A stretch of 64,000 nucleotides of DNA, from NCBI RefSeq assembly GCF_006345805.1, contig NC_043007.1, forward strand, positions 20,398,001 through 20,462,000, in the 5' to 3' direction. The stretch's first letter is position 1; each line of letters starts with the position of its first letter. This document shows, piece by piece, positions 27,186-38,208 of the stretch. Source of the DNA: Octopus sinensis (taxonomy: Eukaryota). A program made the position numbers and the translations under genes. The notes under the pieces are model-generated. The model was not told the DNA's origin. It was given only the letters and a program-made list of their open reading frames with translations, and made no database searches.

Positions 27186-30100
27186 CATTATTATTATTAT
27201 TATTATTATTAATAATAAACATTGCCAGACAGCAAATAGAGACTCGGACATTGCTTAGAAAATATTTTTCATTTTTAACCTCGATATAGTACGCACTAGG
27301 GATTTTGATTTTGACCCTTAAATTTTGGGGAAAAAATGCAGATTATACTCGAGGATTTACGGTACTTTTGACAGAATAATGTGACTGCTGAAGGGTTAAA
27401 AGTATTATCCTTATGCGATTACTTGTTACGAACAATCATACTTTTATTTGTCACAAATTTATTTATTTCAGACAACCTGACTACATTACATTTGAGGCAG
27501 GAAAGGACCATAATGTAATGGTGTTTCCTTTGACCCACGCATCTGGACTAGTTATGGGTTTTGGTATCTCGTTGGTACAAGGGGCCACCATTGTGACTCT
27601 CAACAGATTTGAAGCTCGGTCGTATTTGGAATCTTTTCAGAAATACAAGGTACACTCAGTTATTTTAAGTGATGAGGCTTGTTTGCAATCTTTATTTCAC
27701 CTGTGAGAACAAAAGATAGTTATTTAACTGATTTTTATGATATAAAAGTTTTTTTTTCTGCCCTTTTCAAGCCTAGCCAGGCTCATGGGCCCAGTTTCCC
27801 AGTTTCTGTGGCATATGTGTCTCCCCCCAGCTGGACGGGATACCAGTCCATTGCAGCATTACTCAAGAAACAGGAAGAAAGAGTGAGAGAAAGTTGAAGC
27901 AAAAGAGTACAACAGGAGTCGCCACCCCCCCCCCAGCTGGAGCATTGTGGAGCTTTAGGTGTTTTTGCTCAATAAACACACACAACGCCCGGTCTGGGAA
28001 TCGAAACCGCAATCCTCCGACCATGAGTCCGCTACCCTAACCACCGGGCCATTGTGCCTCCACAGTTTTTCTATATAGATTTACATAAATGTACCCATCA
28101 ACATACCACCAGTGAACAAAAAAATTATTTTTCCCTGTTATGATTTTATTAATTACTAATCATATGTGATTAAATTTTACTTTAGATATTATTCCAACCA
28201 TGAAATAATTTCATTCCTATGATTCATTTATCACTGATTCATTTTTTTTTATTAACCAAACACTCATAATAGATGTATTATGTTTTTTTTATATAGTTTA
28301 TCCCTATGATAGCTACAGGTCTGCTCAGTCAGGATAGGCCTAGGGCTAAACAGTAACAATAATAAATGAATTTAATAATTAATTTTTCAATTGGTTTTTT
28401 TAACCTTGCAGGGAACATTTACCATGGCAACACCATCAATGATATCATCTTTCAACTCCCATCCTCTTGTGCAAGAAACTGATCTTTCCAGTCTAAAGAC
28501 GATCGTAAGTCAATCGGGATATCTGAACCCTAATCTCATTCAACAACTTTCTGAAAAACTGAAGGGAGTAAATATAAGACAAGGTAATTGCTGCTACAAT
28601 TATAAATTATCTAGTATTTATTTGTTCTTTGCCATAGCTCCATATTGCTTATGTGTTCGGGCCATCTAATTTTAAGTATACTACGCAAGCATCTGTTGAT
28701 GAATGATTGTATTTGCTTATTTGACTTAACTGTTGTTTGCCATGTCTCAGCCCCATACAATAACACCGCTTTTACGTTAGTGTTAAAAATTCTTATTTTG
28801 TTCTTTATTGAAATTACACTTGCGCTCCATACTTTTCGACTAGGGAGCAAATATTTAAGAAAAAGTGGAAGTGGATTGGTAGCACAATTAGAAAAGACAC
28901 ACCAAATGTAGCGAAAAGTGCTTTAAAGTGGAAACCGGTTGGATATAGAAAGAAAGGTAGGCCTAAGAACTCGTGGCGGAGATCAACACAAAAGAAACTA
29001 GAGAAAGGGGGACAGTTATGGCAGAGTATAAGTACAGAAGTGAAAAATTATGCGACATGGAATTCAACTATATAAGTGGCCTATACTCCACGTTGGAGGG
29101 CTGGAGGAGGAGGAGGAGGAGGAGGAGGAGGAGGAGGAGGAAGAAGAAGAAGAAGAAGAAGAAGAAGAAGAAGAAGACAGCTTCATTCAATGTTTAACTT
29201 TTTCATCATGTATGTTGATAAAACCAGCCATAAAATGTCACTTCTAAACATGGAGGGATATCTTACTTATTATCTCCAAAGTACTTCTCAAAGACAGGTT
29301 CTGTATGTAAAGGTAGATAAGTTCTGATCTGCAATCACCTTTCTCAGAACCACCTACAGTACCCTAGACAATCGCCATACAAGATATGGTATGACTGGTT
29401 CACAAGGTATGAATGAATTTAAACTATATTCACTTTAAGCAAAGATACTTAAGACATAGGAAAATAGCTGTGGCTGTAGGATAATTAACGGTGCAACACA
29501 GAGGGGACAAACAAGGACAGACAAATGGATTAAGTTGATTATATCTACCCCAGTGCGTAACTGGTACTTATTTAATTGACCCCAAAAGATGAAAGGCAAA
29601 GTCGACCTCGGTGGAATTTGAACTCAGGACGTAATGGCAGATGAAATACCTATTTCTTTACTACCCACAAGGGGCTAAACATAGAGGGGCAAACGGATTA
29701 AGTCGATTATATCGACTCCAGTGCATAACTGGTACTTATTTAATCGACCCCAAAAGGATGAAAGGCAAAGTCGACCTCGGCAGAATTTGAACTCAGAATG
29801 TAGCGGCAGACGAAATTCCACTAAGCATTTCACCCGGCGTACTAACGTTTCTGCCAGCTCGCCACCTTTAATTGATAAATAAATACCAGTGAGATACTAG
29901 GGTTAATTCAGTTAACTATATTCAGTTCCAAATAAATCAGTCCTCTGCCTTTTGAAAAACAACCCTTTTAAATTAGAAATATTGAATTTCTAAATGTCTC
30001 AAAGAGACATGAGCGGTGGTGGAGTGAAAGAGTGGTTGTATAATTTCAACATAACGTGACAGTTCCATAAAGGGAATTACACCACTGCTATATAGCCCTA

Positions 30101-33100
30101 GGAAGCATCGACGTTTCCTGTTGGCTTTGATACATTTTCTGTGTCCTTATATTTGCGAAGGGGAGGCAAGCACCCTTAAACTTTAATGCAAGAATCTTAT
30201 TTTGTCTATTTGCTATCATGGATTTTTGATTAAAAAAATAACTTCTTCAGGTTATGGACTGACAGAAACATGCGGTGTTGGCATGGCAACTCCTGCAAGC
30301 AACATAAAGAATGGTTCTGTTGGGGTTCCAGTTCCTGGAATGGAAGTCAAAGTAGGTTCCTCTCCATTTATTTCATCAACTGTAACACCATATCAGAGAT
30401 TTTACAAACATACAATCATATGTTCTGTTTTATCATCTTTGCCATGAAATCACAATGATACCGAATCATCATACACATGATTATCATTGCTATTATTTTT
30501 ATCCCCATCCAGTTAATTGATTCAAAGACCAAGACAGACACAACCAACGAACGAAAAGGTGAAATTTGCTTCCGTGGGCCAAGTGTTACTTCTAAGTTCT
30601 GGAAACACAGAGACAATAATGAAGAAATGCTCTTGGAGGACAACTGGCTCAGAACAGGTAATGACAACTAATGTCTATGTGTGTTTTAATTTTGCATCCA
30701 ATTAAATACTGGGTTGTCCAGAAAGTACGTGCCGATTTTTTAAGGAAAGAAAAAGGTCAATAAATACTTGCCGTTACATTTTTAATCAACCAAATATGAA
30801 CGATTTCGTTGCACAATGCATCTCCATCTTTCCTTTAACTTGAAAATACACTCTTCCCAGAATTGAGGTGGTTTCGTGGCAAAGAATTCATCAAGGTATC
30901 TTTTTACGTCATCCAAGGAATTGAAATTTTTACCATTAAGACTATTCTACAGAGACCTGAATAAGTGGAAATCCGAAGGAGCAATATCTGGTGAATATGG
31001 AGGGTGGGGTAACACATCCCAGCCGAGCTGCAGCAATTTTTGTCTGGCTCCCAAATCACCAAGTGCCGAAAATGAACTTTCTTATCTTCCATTTTAAAAG
31101 GTTACAGAATTAACACAGGTGATAGGAACATAAACCTTCTTCCACGAAAAGATAGCTTAAACTGTGATTTAAATGGAGGTGTAGTCAAATCCTATTTTAT
31201 GGACTCAACCATGTTCTAAAATAAGTCGAAAGGTAAGCTACTATAAATCGGCACAAACTTTCCGGACGAAAGAAGCCTGTTGTATATATGTATATATATG
31301 TATGTGTGTGTCTGTGTTTGTCCCTCTAGCATTGCTTGACAACCGATGCTGGTGTGTTTACGTCCCCGTCACTTAGCGGTTCGGCAAAAGAGACCGATAG
31401 AATAAGTACTAGGCTTACAAAGAATAAGTCCCGGGATCGATTTGCTCAACTAAAAGATGGTGCTCCAGCATGGCCGCAGTCAAATGACTGAAACAAGTAA
31501 AAGAGTAAAAGAGTAAGCCCAATATACATACACCACAGAATCCAGAAAACCGGTCTTATGAACCTCTGGCATTGTGTTCCAGTGTTTGTTTTGGCATGGT
31601 TTCTACAGTCAAATGCCCTTTTAATGACAATGACAACAATTTGTAACAGTTATATGTAAGGATTATGCTGCATTGAAGCATTGAATAAAAGACTGAAGGA
31701 GAATAATATCAATTGCTTATTTTATTAATATGATTATTATGCAACAGGCAATTAATTCTTTTTCTTTGATCACTTGGTGCCTAACCAAAGAGCACACACC
31801 TTTCTTCCTCACTTCAAGTATAGCCTGTCATGTGCAACTCAAGAAGTATCATTCTTTCTATCCAACTAAACTGTATTACTATATATATATATATATATGT
31901 ATATATAGGTGCAGGAGTGGGTGTGTGGTATGAGGGAAGGAAGTGGGGCAGAATAGGTTCTTGTTTTAGGCAAACAGAAATGAAATGAATTTTTACCTTT
32001 TTATAATTTCAGGTGACGTTGGAACTTGTGACAGTGAAGGACACTATAAGATTGTTAACACAATCAAAACGTTAATTAAATATAAGGGGTGCCAGGTGAG
32101 GTATCTTGCTTATTTCTTCATGTTTCATTAGAAATTTGTTTTTGTATTTTCATGCTAGGAAATTGTTTGAAACTTGTAACTGTAGCCTGCATTGACTGGG
32201 TTTATGGAAAGCATGCAACAAAGTTGCACAACCTTTGAGGACTTATGTCTTGAAGCAGTGTCCAGAGGCTAAGTTTCTTACATTTACATGCAAAACAATG
32301 ACACACAACTTGGAACATAAATAAATATATACATACATATATATACATATATTCTTCCCTCTCAGAACCTTACAGTAGTCTGGAACAACCAAATCTTAGT
32401 CAGTCAGTTAATGGGCTCCACTACCTCAAATGTTCTTAAAATTTAAATCCACATCTTTGTCTATGTATCTACCTTCTCTATAATGTTGCCACTTGATACG
32501 AAAATTTTTGTATTAATGGAAAACCTCTATAATTGGCTGATGAGTGCTCAGCATTTTAAAACTGTTGTAATACTTACAACATTTAATAAAATGATGTAGT
32601 ATGAAACGATTGTACCAAATTACCGGAGTCATTCTTGTTGCTTATTTTGATTACACACATATATATACATACATATATATATATATATCATCATCATCAT
32701 CATCGTCGTCATCATCGTTCAACATCCATTTTCCATGCTAACATGGGTTGGACGGTTCGACCAGGGTCCGGGAAGCCAGGAGGCTGCACCAGGCTCCAGT
32801 CTGATCTGGCAGTGTTTCTACAGCTGGATGCCTTCCTAACGCCAACCACTCCGTGAGTGTAGTGGGTGCTTTTTACATGCCACCGGCAAACGGCCACAAT
32901 CAGTTGGTGCTTTTACTTGTCACTGACACGGACGCCAGTCAGGCGGCGCTGGCATCTGCCACGTTCGGACGGTGCTTTTTACATGTCACTGGCACGGGTA
33001 TCTTTATACATACATACATGCAAACACATAAATATACATATGCATCCACTAGTCGTCCTTCCATCCGTCCATCCTTCCTTCCTACCAACCAACCAACCAA

Positions 33101-35321
33101 CCAGCCAACCAACTGGCAGACTTGTTAAAACAATGCATGAAATGTTTTGTGATATTATTCTAAATATTTATTCAACTATAGGCGCAGGAGTGGCTGTGGT
33201 AAGTAGCTTGCTTACCAACCACACGGTTCCAGGTTCAGTCCCACAGCGTGGCACCTTGAGCAAGTGTCTTCTACTAGAGCCTCGGGCTGACCAAAGCCTT
33301 GTGAGTGGATTTGGTAGACGGAAACTGAAAGAAGCCCGTCGTATATATATATTTATATATGTGTGTTTGTGTGTCTGTATTTGTCCCTCTAGCATTGCTT
33401 GACAACCAATGCTGGTGTAGTGTGTTTATGTCCCCGTTACCTAGCGGTTCGGCAAAAGAGACCGATAGAATAAGTACTGGGCTTACAAAAGAATAAGTCC
33501 CGGGGTCGAGTTGCTCGACTAAAAGGCGGTGCTCCAGCATGGCCGCAGTCAAATGACTGAAACAAGTAAAAGAGTAAAAGAGTATAGTCGTGGGGCCAAC
33601 CAAAACCTTGTGAATGGATTTGGTGAACAGAAACTGAAATAAGCCTGTCGTGTGTGCATGTGTATGATATGTAGGCATGTGAGTGTATGCATGTATATTA
33701 CCAAGCATTGTCTGGGGGTGAGAATTAAAGAGTCAAGGAATATATATATCAAACAAAATCAATCTGGTTTACATTCTGTAGGTTTCTCCTGAGGAAATTG
33801 AAGATCTTCTTCTACAACACCCAGCTGTGTTAGATGTTGCTGTGTTTGGCTTGCCTGATAAAGAAGCTGGTGAAGTACCAACGGCTCTGGTTGTCCAGCA
33901 AAGGAAAGTCGACCAGAAAGAACTACAAAATTTTGTCCAAGGTTCGGTTTTTTAAAACATTATATATATAATCATCATCATCATTTAGCGTCCGTTTTCC
34001 ATACTAGCATGGGTTGGACGGTTCAACTGGGGTCTGTGAAGCCGGAAGGCCGCATCAGGCCCAGTCAGATCTGGCAGTGTTTCTGCGGCTGGATGCCCTT
34101 CCTAACGCCAACCACTCCGTGAGTGTAGTGGGTGCTTTTTACGTGCCACCTGCACAGGTGCCAGACGGAGCTGGCAAACGGCCACGAACGGATGGTGTTT
34201 TTATGTGCCACCGGCACGGGGGCCAGGCGAGGCTGGCAATGGACACGAACGGATGGTGCTTTTACGTGCCACTGGCACGGGGGCCAGGCGAGGCTGGCAG
34301 TAGACACGACGATCGGATGGTTCGCTTAACCACAGCTGCAACTTCCACTGATGTTGATTGGCCTCAATTTTGGTTCTGCTTTCTGATGACTGTTCTCACT
34401 GGTCTTGCCGGGTCTTCTCATGCACAGCATACTTCCATAGGTCTCGGTCTCTAGTCATTTCCTTGGTGAGACCTAAAGTTCGAAGGTCGTGCTTCACCAC
34501 CTCGTCCCAGGTTTTCCTGGGTCTACCTCTTCCACAGGTCCCCTCAACTGCCAGGGTGTGGCACTTTTTCACACACCTAACTACATCCATTCTCGCCACA
34601 TGACCATACCACCGCAATCGTCTATCTTGCACACAACTGATGCTTCTTAGGTTCAACTTTTCTCTCAAGGTACTTACACTCTGTCGATTATGAATACTGA
34701 CATTACACATCCATCAGAGCATACTAGCTTCATTTCTTGCGAGCTTACGCAAATCCTCAGCAGTCACAGCCCATGTTTCACTACCATGTAGCATGGCTGT
34801 ACGTACACATGCATCATACAATCTGCCTTATATATATATATATAGCCTGGGGCGGTGAGCTGGCAGAAACGTTAGCATGCCGGGCGAAATGCGTAGCCGT
34901 ATTTCTTCTGCCATTACATTCTGAGTTCAAATTCCGCCGAGGTTGACTTTGCCTTTCATCCTTTCGGGGGTCGATAAATTAAGTACCAGTTATGCACTGG
35001 GGTCGATGTAATCGACTTAATCCGTTTGTCTGTCCCTTCTGTTTAGCCCCTTGTGGGTAATAAAGAAACAGATAATTGTTAATATCCAGTACCACTGCCG
35101 TAGTCTCCTTTAGAGAGACTTAGAAATAATAATATTTTGATTATTAGATGGATTAGTTAAAAAATTGATTTTTCCTATTTCTTTTTCCAGACAATGCAGC
35201 ATCATACAAGCAGCTGAGAGGTGGCATTAAGTTTCACACAGAAATCCCTCGTCTTCCAGACGGAACTATATCACGACAAAAGATTCGTGATTGGTTTTTG
35301 GAATTTCATAAAAGAGGTTAA
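16823..35321 (+). CDS. 4-coumarate:CoA ligase-like / luciferase-like ANL-superfamily protein, 11 coding exons, 549 aa, with degenerate catalytic motifs
   Basis: Exons (all GT-AG, phases consistent, total 1650 nt): 16823-16987, 21703-21910, 23538-23644, 25058-25257, 27472-27649, 28412-28583, 30251-30351, 30513-30657, 32013-32095, 33782-33941, 35191-35321. Family motifs: [91 protein letters not shown]. Confidence 0.93.
20287..20856 (-). mobile_element. Non-autonomous Helitron; other copies about 7226-7664 and 42049-42434
   Basis: - strand ends with a CCCGAGCAACGC(C/T)GGG-type hairpin about 10 nt before CTAG/CTGG; the 7.2 kb copy starts TCTATATATA. This copy contains a TTAA-inserted piggyBac MITE. 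Confidence 0.75.
22081..22644 (-). mobile_element. Non-autonomous mariner deletion derivative, complete with TIRs and TA target duplication
   Basis: TIRs TTGGGTTGTCacGAAAGTTTGTGCcGATTT / AAATCaGCACAAACTTTCcaGACAACCCAA with TA on both sides. Encodes [14 protein letters not shown] fused to [26 protein letters not shown]. Confidence 0.92.
23203..23423 (+). mobile_element. tRNA-derived SINE family B with a Nin/Deu-like central domain (representative of about 14 copies)
   Basis: GGCGGTGAGCTGGCAGAATCGTTAGC head, GAGTTCAAATTC B box, GCCTTTCATCCTTTCGGGGTCGAT..AAGTACCAG core. Other copies (approximate): 3283-3502(-), 8440-8945 (multimer), 10645-10873(-), 11017-11230(-), 25628-25860(-), 29495-29866(- dimer), 34849-35072(+), 36851-37085(-), 39947-40152(+), 47200-47435(+), 53757-53949(-), 60940-61161(-). 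Confidence 0.9.
26540..27364. mobile_element. pogo/Tc1-type non-autonomous element nested in a piggyBac MITE, itself containing a LINE 3' end with an (ATT)n tail
   Basis: Ends CCGgAAATCCTCGAaTATAgTC / GATTATACTCGAGGATTTACGG-TA. The internal GTGCACCTGAGCACTGTATAC..(ATT)n recurs inverted at about 52490-52580 and 54020-54070. Confidence 0.6.
27750..28063 (-). mobile_element. tRNA-derived SINE, third family
   Basis: A box TGGCCCGGTGG, B box GGTTTCGATTCCC, A-rich tail. Related segments at about 6245-6540, 60510-60830 and 61405-61515. Confidence 0.75.
28615..29178 (+). mobile_element. RTE LINE 3' end with inverted 5' segment and (GAG)n(GAA)n tail; shorter copy about 23735-23910
   Basis: + strand [26 protein letters not shown] (28843-29100); - strand [31 protein letters not shown] (28615-28850). 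Confidence 0.85.
30709..31522 (-). mobile_element. Second copy of the same mariner derivative, with a SINE inserted in its right TIR (31268-31516)
   Basis: Near-identical to 22081-22644 with the same internal deletion; the TIR resumes as CCCAATA after the SINE tail. Confidence 0.9.
32395..32653 (+). mobile_element. Penelope-like terminal repeat fragment carrying a hammerhead; second copy at about 37815-38170 (-)
   Basis: About 260 bp shared between the two sites, each bounded by TA microsatellite. The Penelope assignment is inferred from the hammerhead architecture only; no RT/GIY-YIG ORF is seen. Confidence 0.55.
32531..32621 (+). ncRNA. Type I minimal hammerhead motif (same family as 37943-38033), intron 9 of the 4CL-like gene, sense
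   Basis: AAUUGG CUGAUGA GUGCU...AGUAU GAAA CGAUUG UA CCAAAUU; predicted cut after 32614. Confidence 0.75.
33180..33583 (+). mobile_element. tRNA-derived SINE family A (representative of about 20 copies)
   Basis: Head GGCGCAGGAGTGGCTGTG(TG)GTAAG with A box and GGTTCAGTCCC B box, internal (TA)n(TG)n, GAGTAAAA tail. Other copies (approximate): 2287-2718(-), 4643-5058(+), 8041-8425(+), 11608-12009(-), 14873-15298(-), 17208-17468(+), 17668-18198(-), 19495-19900(-), 21131-21540(-), 31268-31516(+), 44468-44796(-), 49241-49640(+), 50088-50491(-), 55799-56171(-), 57240-57632(-), 61525-61902(+). Confidence 0.92.
33972..34828 (-). mobile_element. RTE-clade LINE 3' end: RT C-terminus, tandem-repeat 3' UTR and (GAT)n tail
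   Basis: ORF 34396-34710 reads [28 protein letters not shown]. It is followed on the - strand by ~40-60 bp GTGGCACGTAAAAGCACC repeats, GGTTGGCGTTAGGAAGGGCATCCAGC and a GATGATGAT tail. Confidence 0.88.
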
Positions 35322-36084
35322 ATATATTCACTATAATATCAAGTCTATTTCTGAGAAACATTCCATGTAAAATACAGAAAGAAAAAAAGATATATTTTTT
35401 GTAATTAAAAAAAAAATGATTCAAATGTAATTAATTACCTACAGACAGCAGTGTACATCAACCTGCCTTTACTCAAAAGAGAATTTTGTGCAGTATTCGT
35501 TTTAAAATATTTTAGATATTAAATAACCTGTTACAACAATGCTCTTTCTTATTCATTTCTTATAACTTGTGCAAAGGACAAACAACTTTAGTCTTTTAAC
35601 AAATCGATTTTGTTATTGTCCAAAATCAAACCAAATCAAAATCGATGAACATCAATGGAATTTGTATCTTTGTGGTACCAGTGCCGGTGGCACATAAGAA
35701 AACCATCCGAACGTGGCCGTAGCCAGTACCGCATCGACTGGCCTTCGTGCTGTGGGCACGTAACAAACACCATCCGATCGTGGCCGTACGCCAGCCTCGT
35801 CTGGCACCTGTGTCGGTGGCACATAAAAAACAACATCAGAGCGTGGCCGTTCGCCAGCCTCGTCTGGCACCTGTGTCGGTGGCACATAAAATCACCCACT
35901 ACACTCTCAGAGTGGTTGGCGTTAGGAAGGGCATCCAGCTTTAGAAACACTGCCAGATCTGACTGGCCTGGTGCAGCCTTCGGGCTTCCCAGACCCCTGT
36001 TGAACCGTCCAAACCATGCTAGCATGGAAAGCGGACGTTAAATGATGATGATGATGTTTCTTTTAATTAAAATGTCTGTTGTAT

Positions 36085-36442
36085 ATTCGAGCTTTGGTGT
36101 TGGAGAAGACTTTTACGGATTCCATGGACAGCGAGGCTCACCAGTGGAGAAGTTCTTAAGCAGATCAGGCTGAAAATGTCGCTAGAAGCTAGGATCACCA
36201 AGCTTAGATTGGCATATTTTGGTCATATTATGTGGAGAAAATCCCTGGAGAAGGACATCATGCTCAGAATGGTCAGTGGCAAGAGAGGAAGAGGCCGACC
36301 AAGAACCCGCTGGCTTGACACCATCAAGAGTGATACTGGAATGGACATAGCCAATCTGAAAGAAGTGGCCCAGGATAGAACTGACTGGAGGACACTGATC
36401 CGAGTAACCGAGAGTTGACTTTGACTGAGCGGATAGATAGAT
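36085..36442 (+). mobile_element. BovB-like RTE LINE 3' end with (TAGA)n tail
   Basis: FELWCWRRLLRIPWTAR..LRLAYFGHIM..SLEKDIML..GKRGRGRPRTRWLD..DRTDWR. Confidence 0.88.
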
Positions 36443-37503
36443 ATTTTTATATTTCTGAAATACTTTAATAAGCTACATAAAGCGATGAACTGGCAGAATC
36501 GTTACCACGCCGGGCAGAATACATAGCAGCGTTGCTTACATTTCTTAGTTCAAATTCCACCAAGGCCAACTTTGCTTTTTCAATAGGTGTAGGAGTGGCT
36601 GTGTGGTAAGTAGCTTGCTTACCAACCACATGGTTCCGGGTTCAGTCCCACTGCATGGCACCTTCAGCAAGTGTCTTCTACTATAGCCTCAGGTCGACCA
36701 AAGCCTTGTGAGTGGATTTGGTAGACAGAAACTGATGGGATGCCTGTCCATTACAGGATTACCCATTTTTGCCAGCTAAGTGGACTAGACCAACATGAAA
36801 TGAAATGTTTTACTAAAGAGCACAACACATCGCCTGGTCCAGGAACCAAAACCTATTTCTTTACTACCCACAAGGGGCTAAACACAGAGAGGACAAATAA
36901 GGACAGACAAACGAATTAAGTCGATTATATCGACCCCAGTATGTAACTGGTACTTATTTAATCGACCCCAAAAGAATGAAAGGCAAAGTCGACCTCGGCG
37001 GAATTTGAACTCACAACTTTGCGACAGATGAAATACCGCTAAGCATTTCACCCGGCGTGCTAACGTTTCTGCCAGCTCGCCGCCGTAGGAATCGAAACCA
37101 CAATCTTACAACCATGAGTCCAACACCCTAACCACTAAACCATGACAAGATTTGAACTCCGAACATACAGAGCAGGAATAAATACTGCAAAGTATTTTAT
37201 TCAATGCTCAAACAATTCTGCCAAGCCACCATCCTAAAACATGTTAATCACAAAATATAAGAAATAAACAAAGAAAATTCCCCCAAAGAAATCATTATTA
37301 AAATTAAAATATTTTTCCATAGAAATTTATTAATCACAATTAATGACATTCATTATTATTATTTTATTAGATTAATTAGCCTCTTCATGGAAGAGAAGAA
37401 ATTCCTTTGACAAAATATCAAATTGGCACGTAAACAAAGAATCAATTGTTTACTGTATCAGAATGTTCCAGAACAAAGCAGAAATGGTTGTCTTAGATTG
37501 AAG

Positions 37504-38167
37504 CTAAGTCTTTGCTTCATCTTCATCTTCCTTCAGTATCTGTTCAGTAAGTCTTTTCCTTTCTTCAGCCTGTCGAAGTCTACGCAGAACCAAACTTTCA
37601 AAGGCTCTTTCGTCAGAGGTCATCGGCTGGTAAGAATCAGCTTGATAAGAATCAGCCTGGAAAGCCAACGGAGTTGGTGTCTGTAAATATATAAATATAT
37701 ATAAATAGTTAATCCAAACATGAACAAAGAAAAAACACAACCAATGCCAGGACGTGGAACAAATATAGTGTTATTGGACGCTCCCCCTATATATATATAT
37801 ATATATATATATAAGTTCAGCAAAACTGTAGATTCAAATGAATATGGTACTCAATTTAGATTCACCAGAATTTTGTATGGTGTTATTCATAAAAATCCAT
37901 GGGCTGATTATAATCAAAATAAGCAACAAGAATGACTCCGGTAATTTGGTACGATCGTTTCATACTACATCATTTTATTAAATGTTGTAAGTATTACAAC
38001 AGATTTAAGATGCTGAGTACTCATCAGCCAATTATAGAGGTTTTCCATTAATATAAAAGCTTTCATATTAATTGATAACATTATAGAGAAGGTAGATATA
38101 TAGACAAAGATGTGGATTTAAATTTTAAGAACATATGAGGTAGTGGAGTCCCTCCACTGACTGACTA

Positions 38168-38208
<41 letters not shown>

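Noticed and set aside
33180-33255. tRNA genes
   Set aside because: The A and B boxes belong to SINE heads that run into SINE bodies; no complete cloverleaf is seen.
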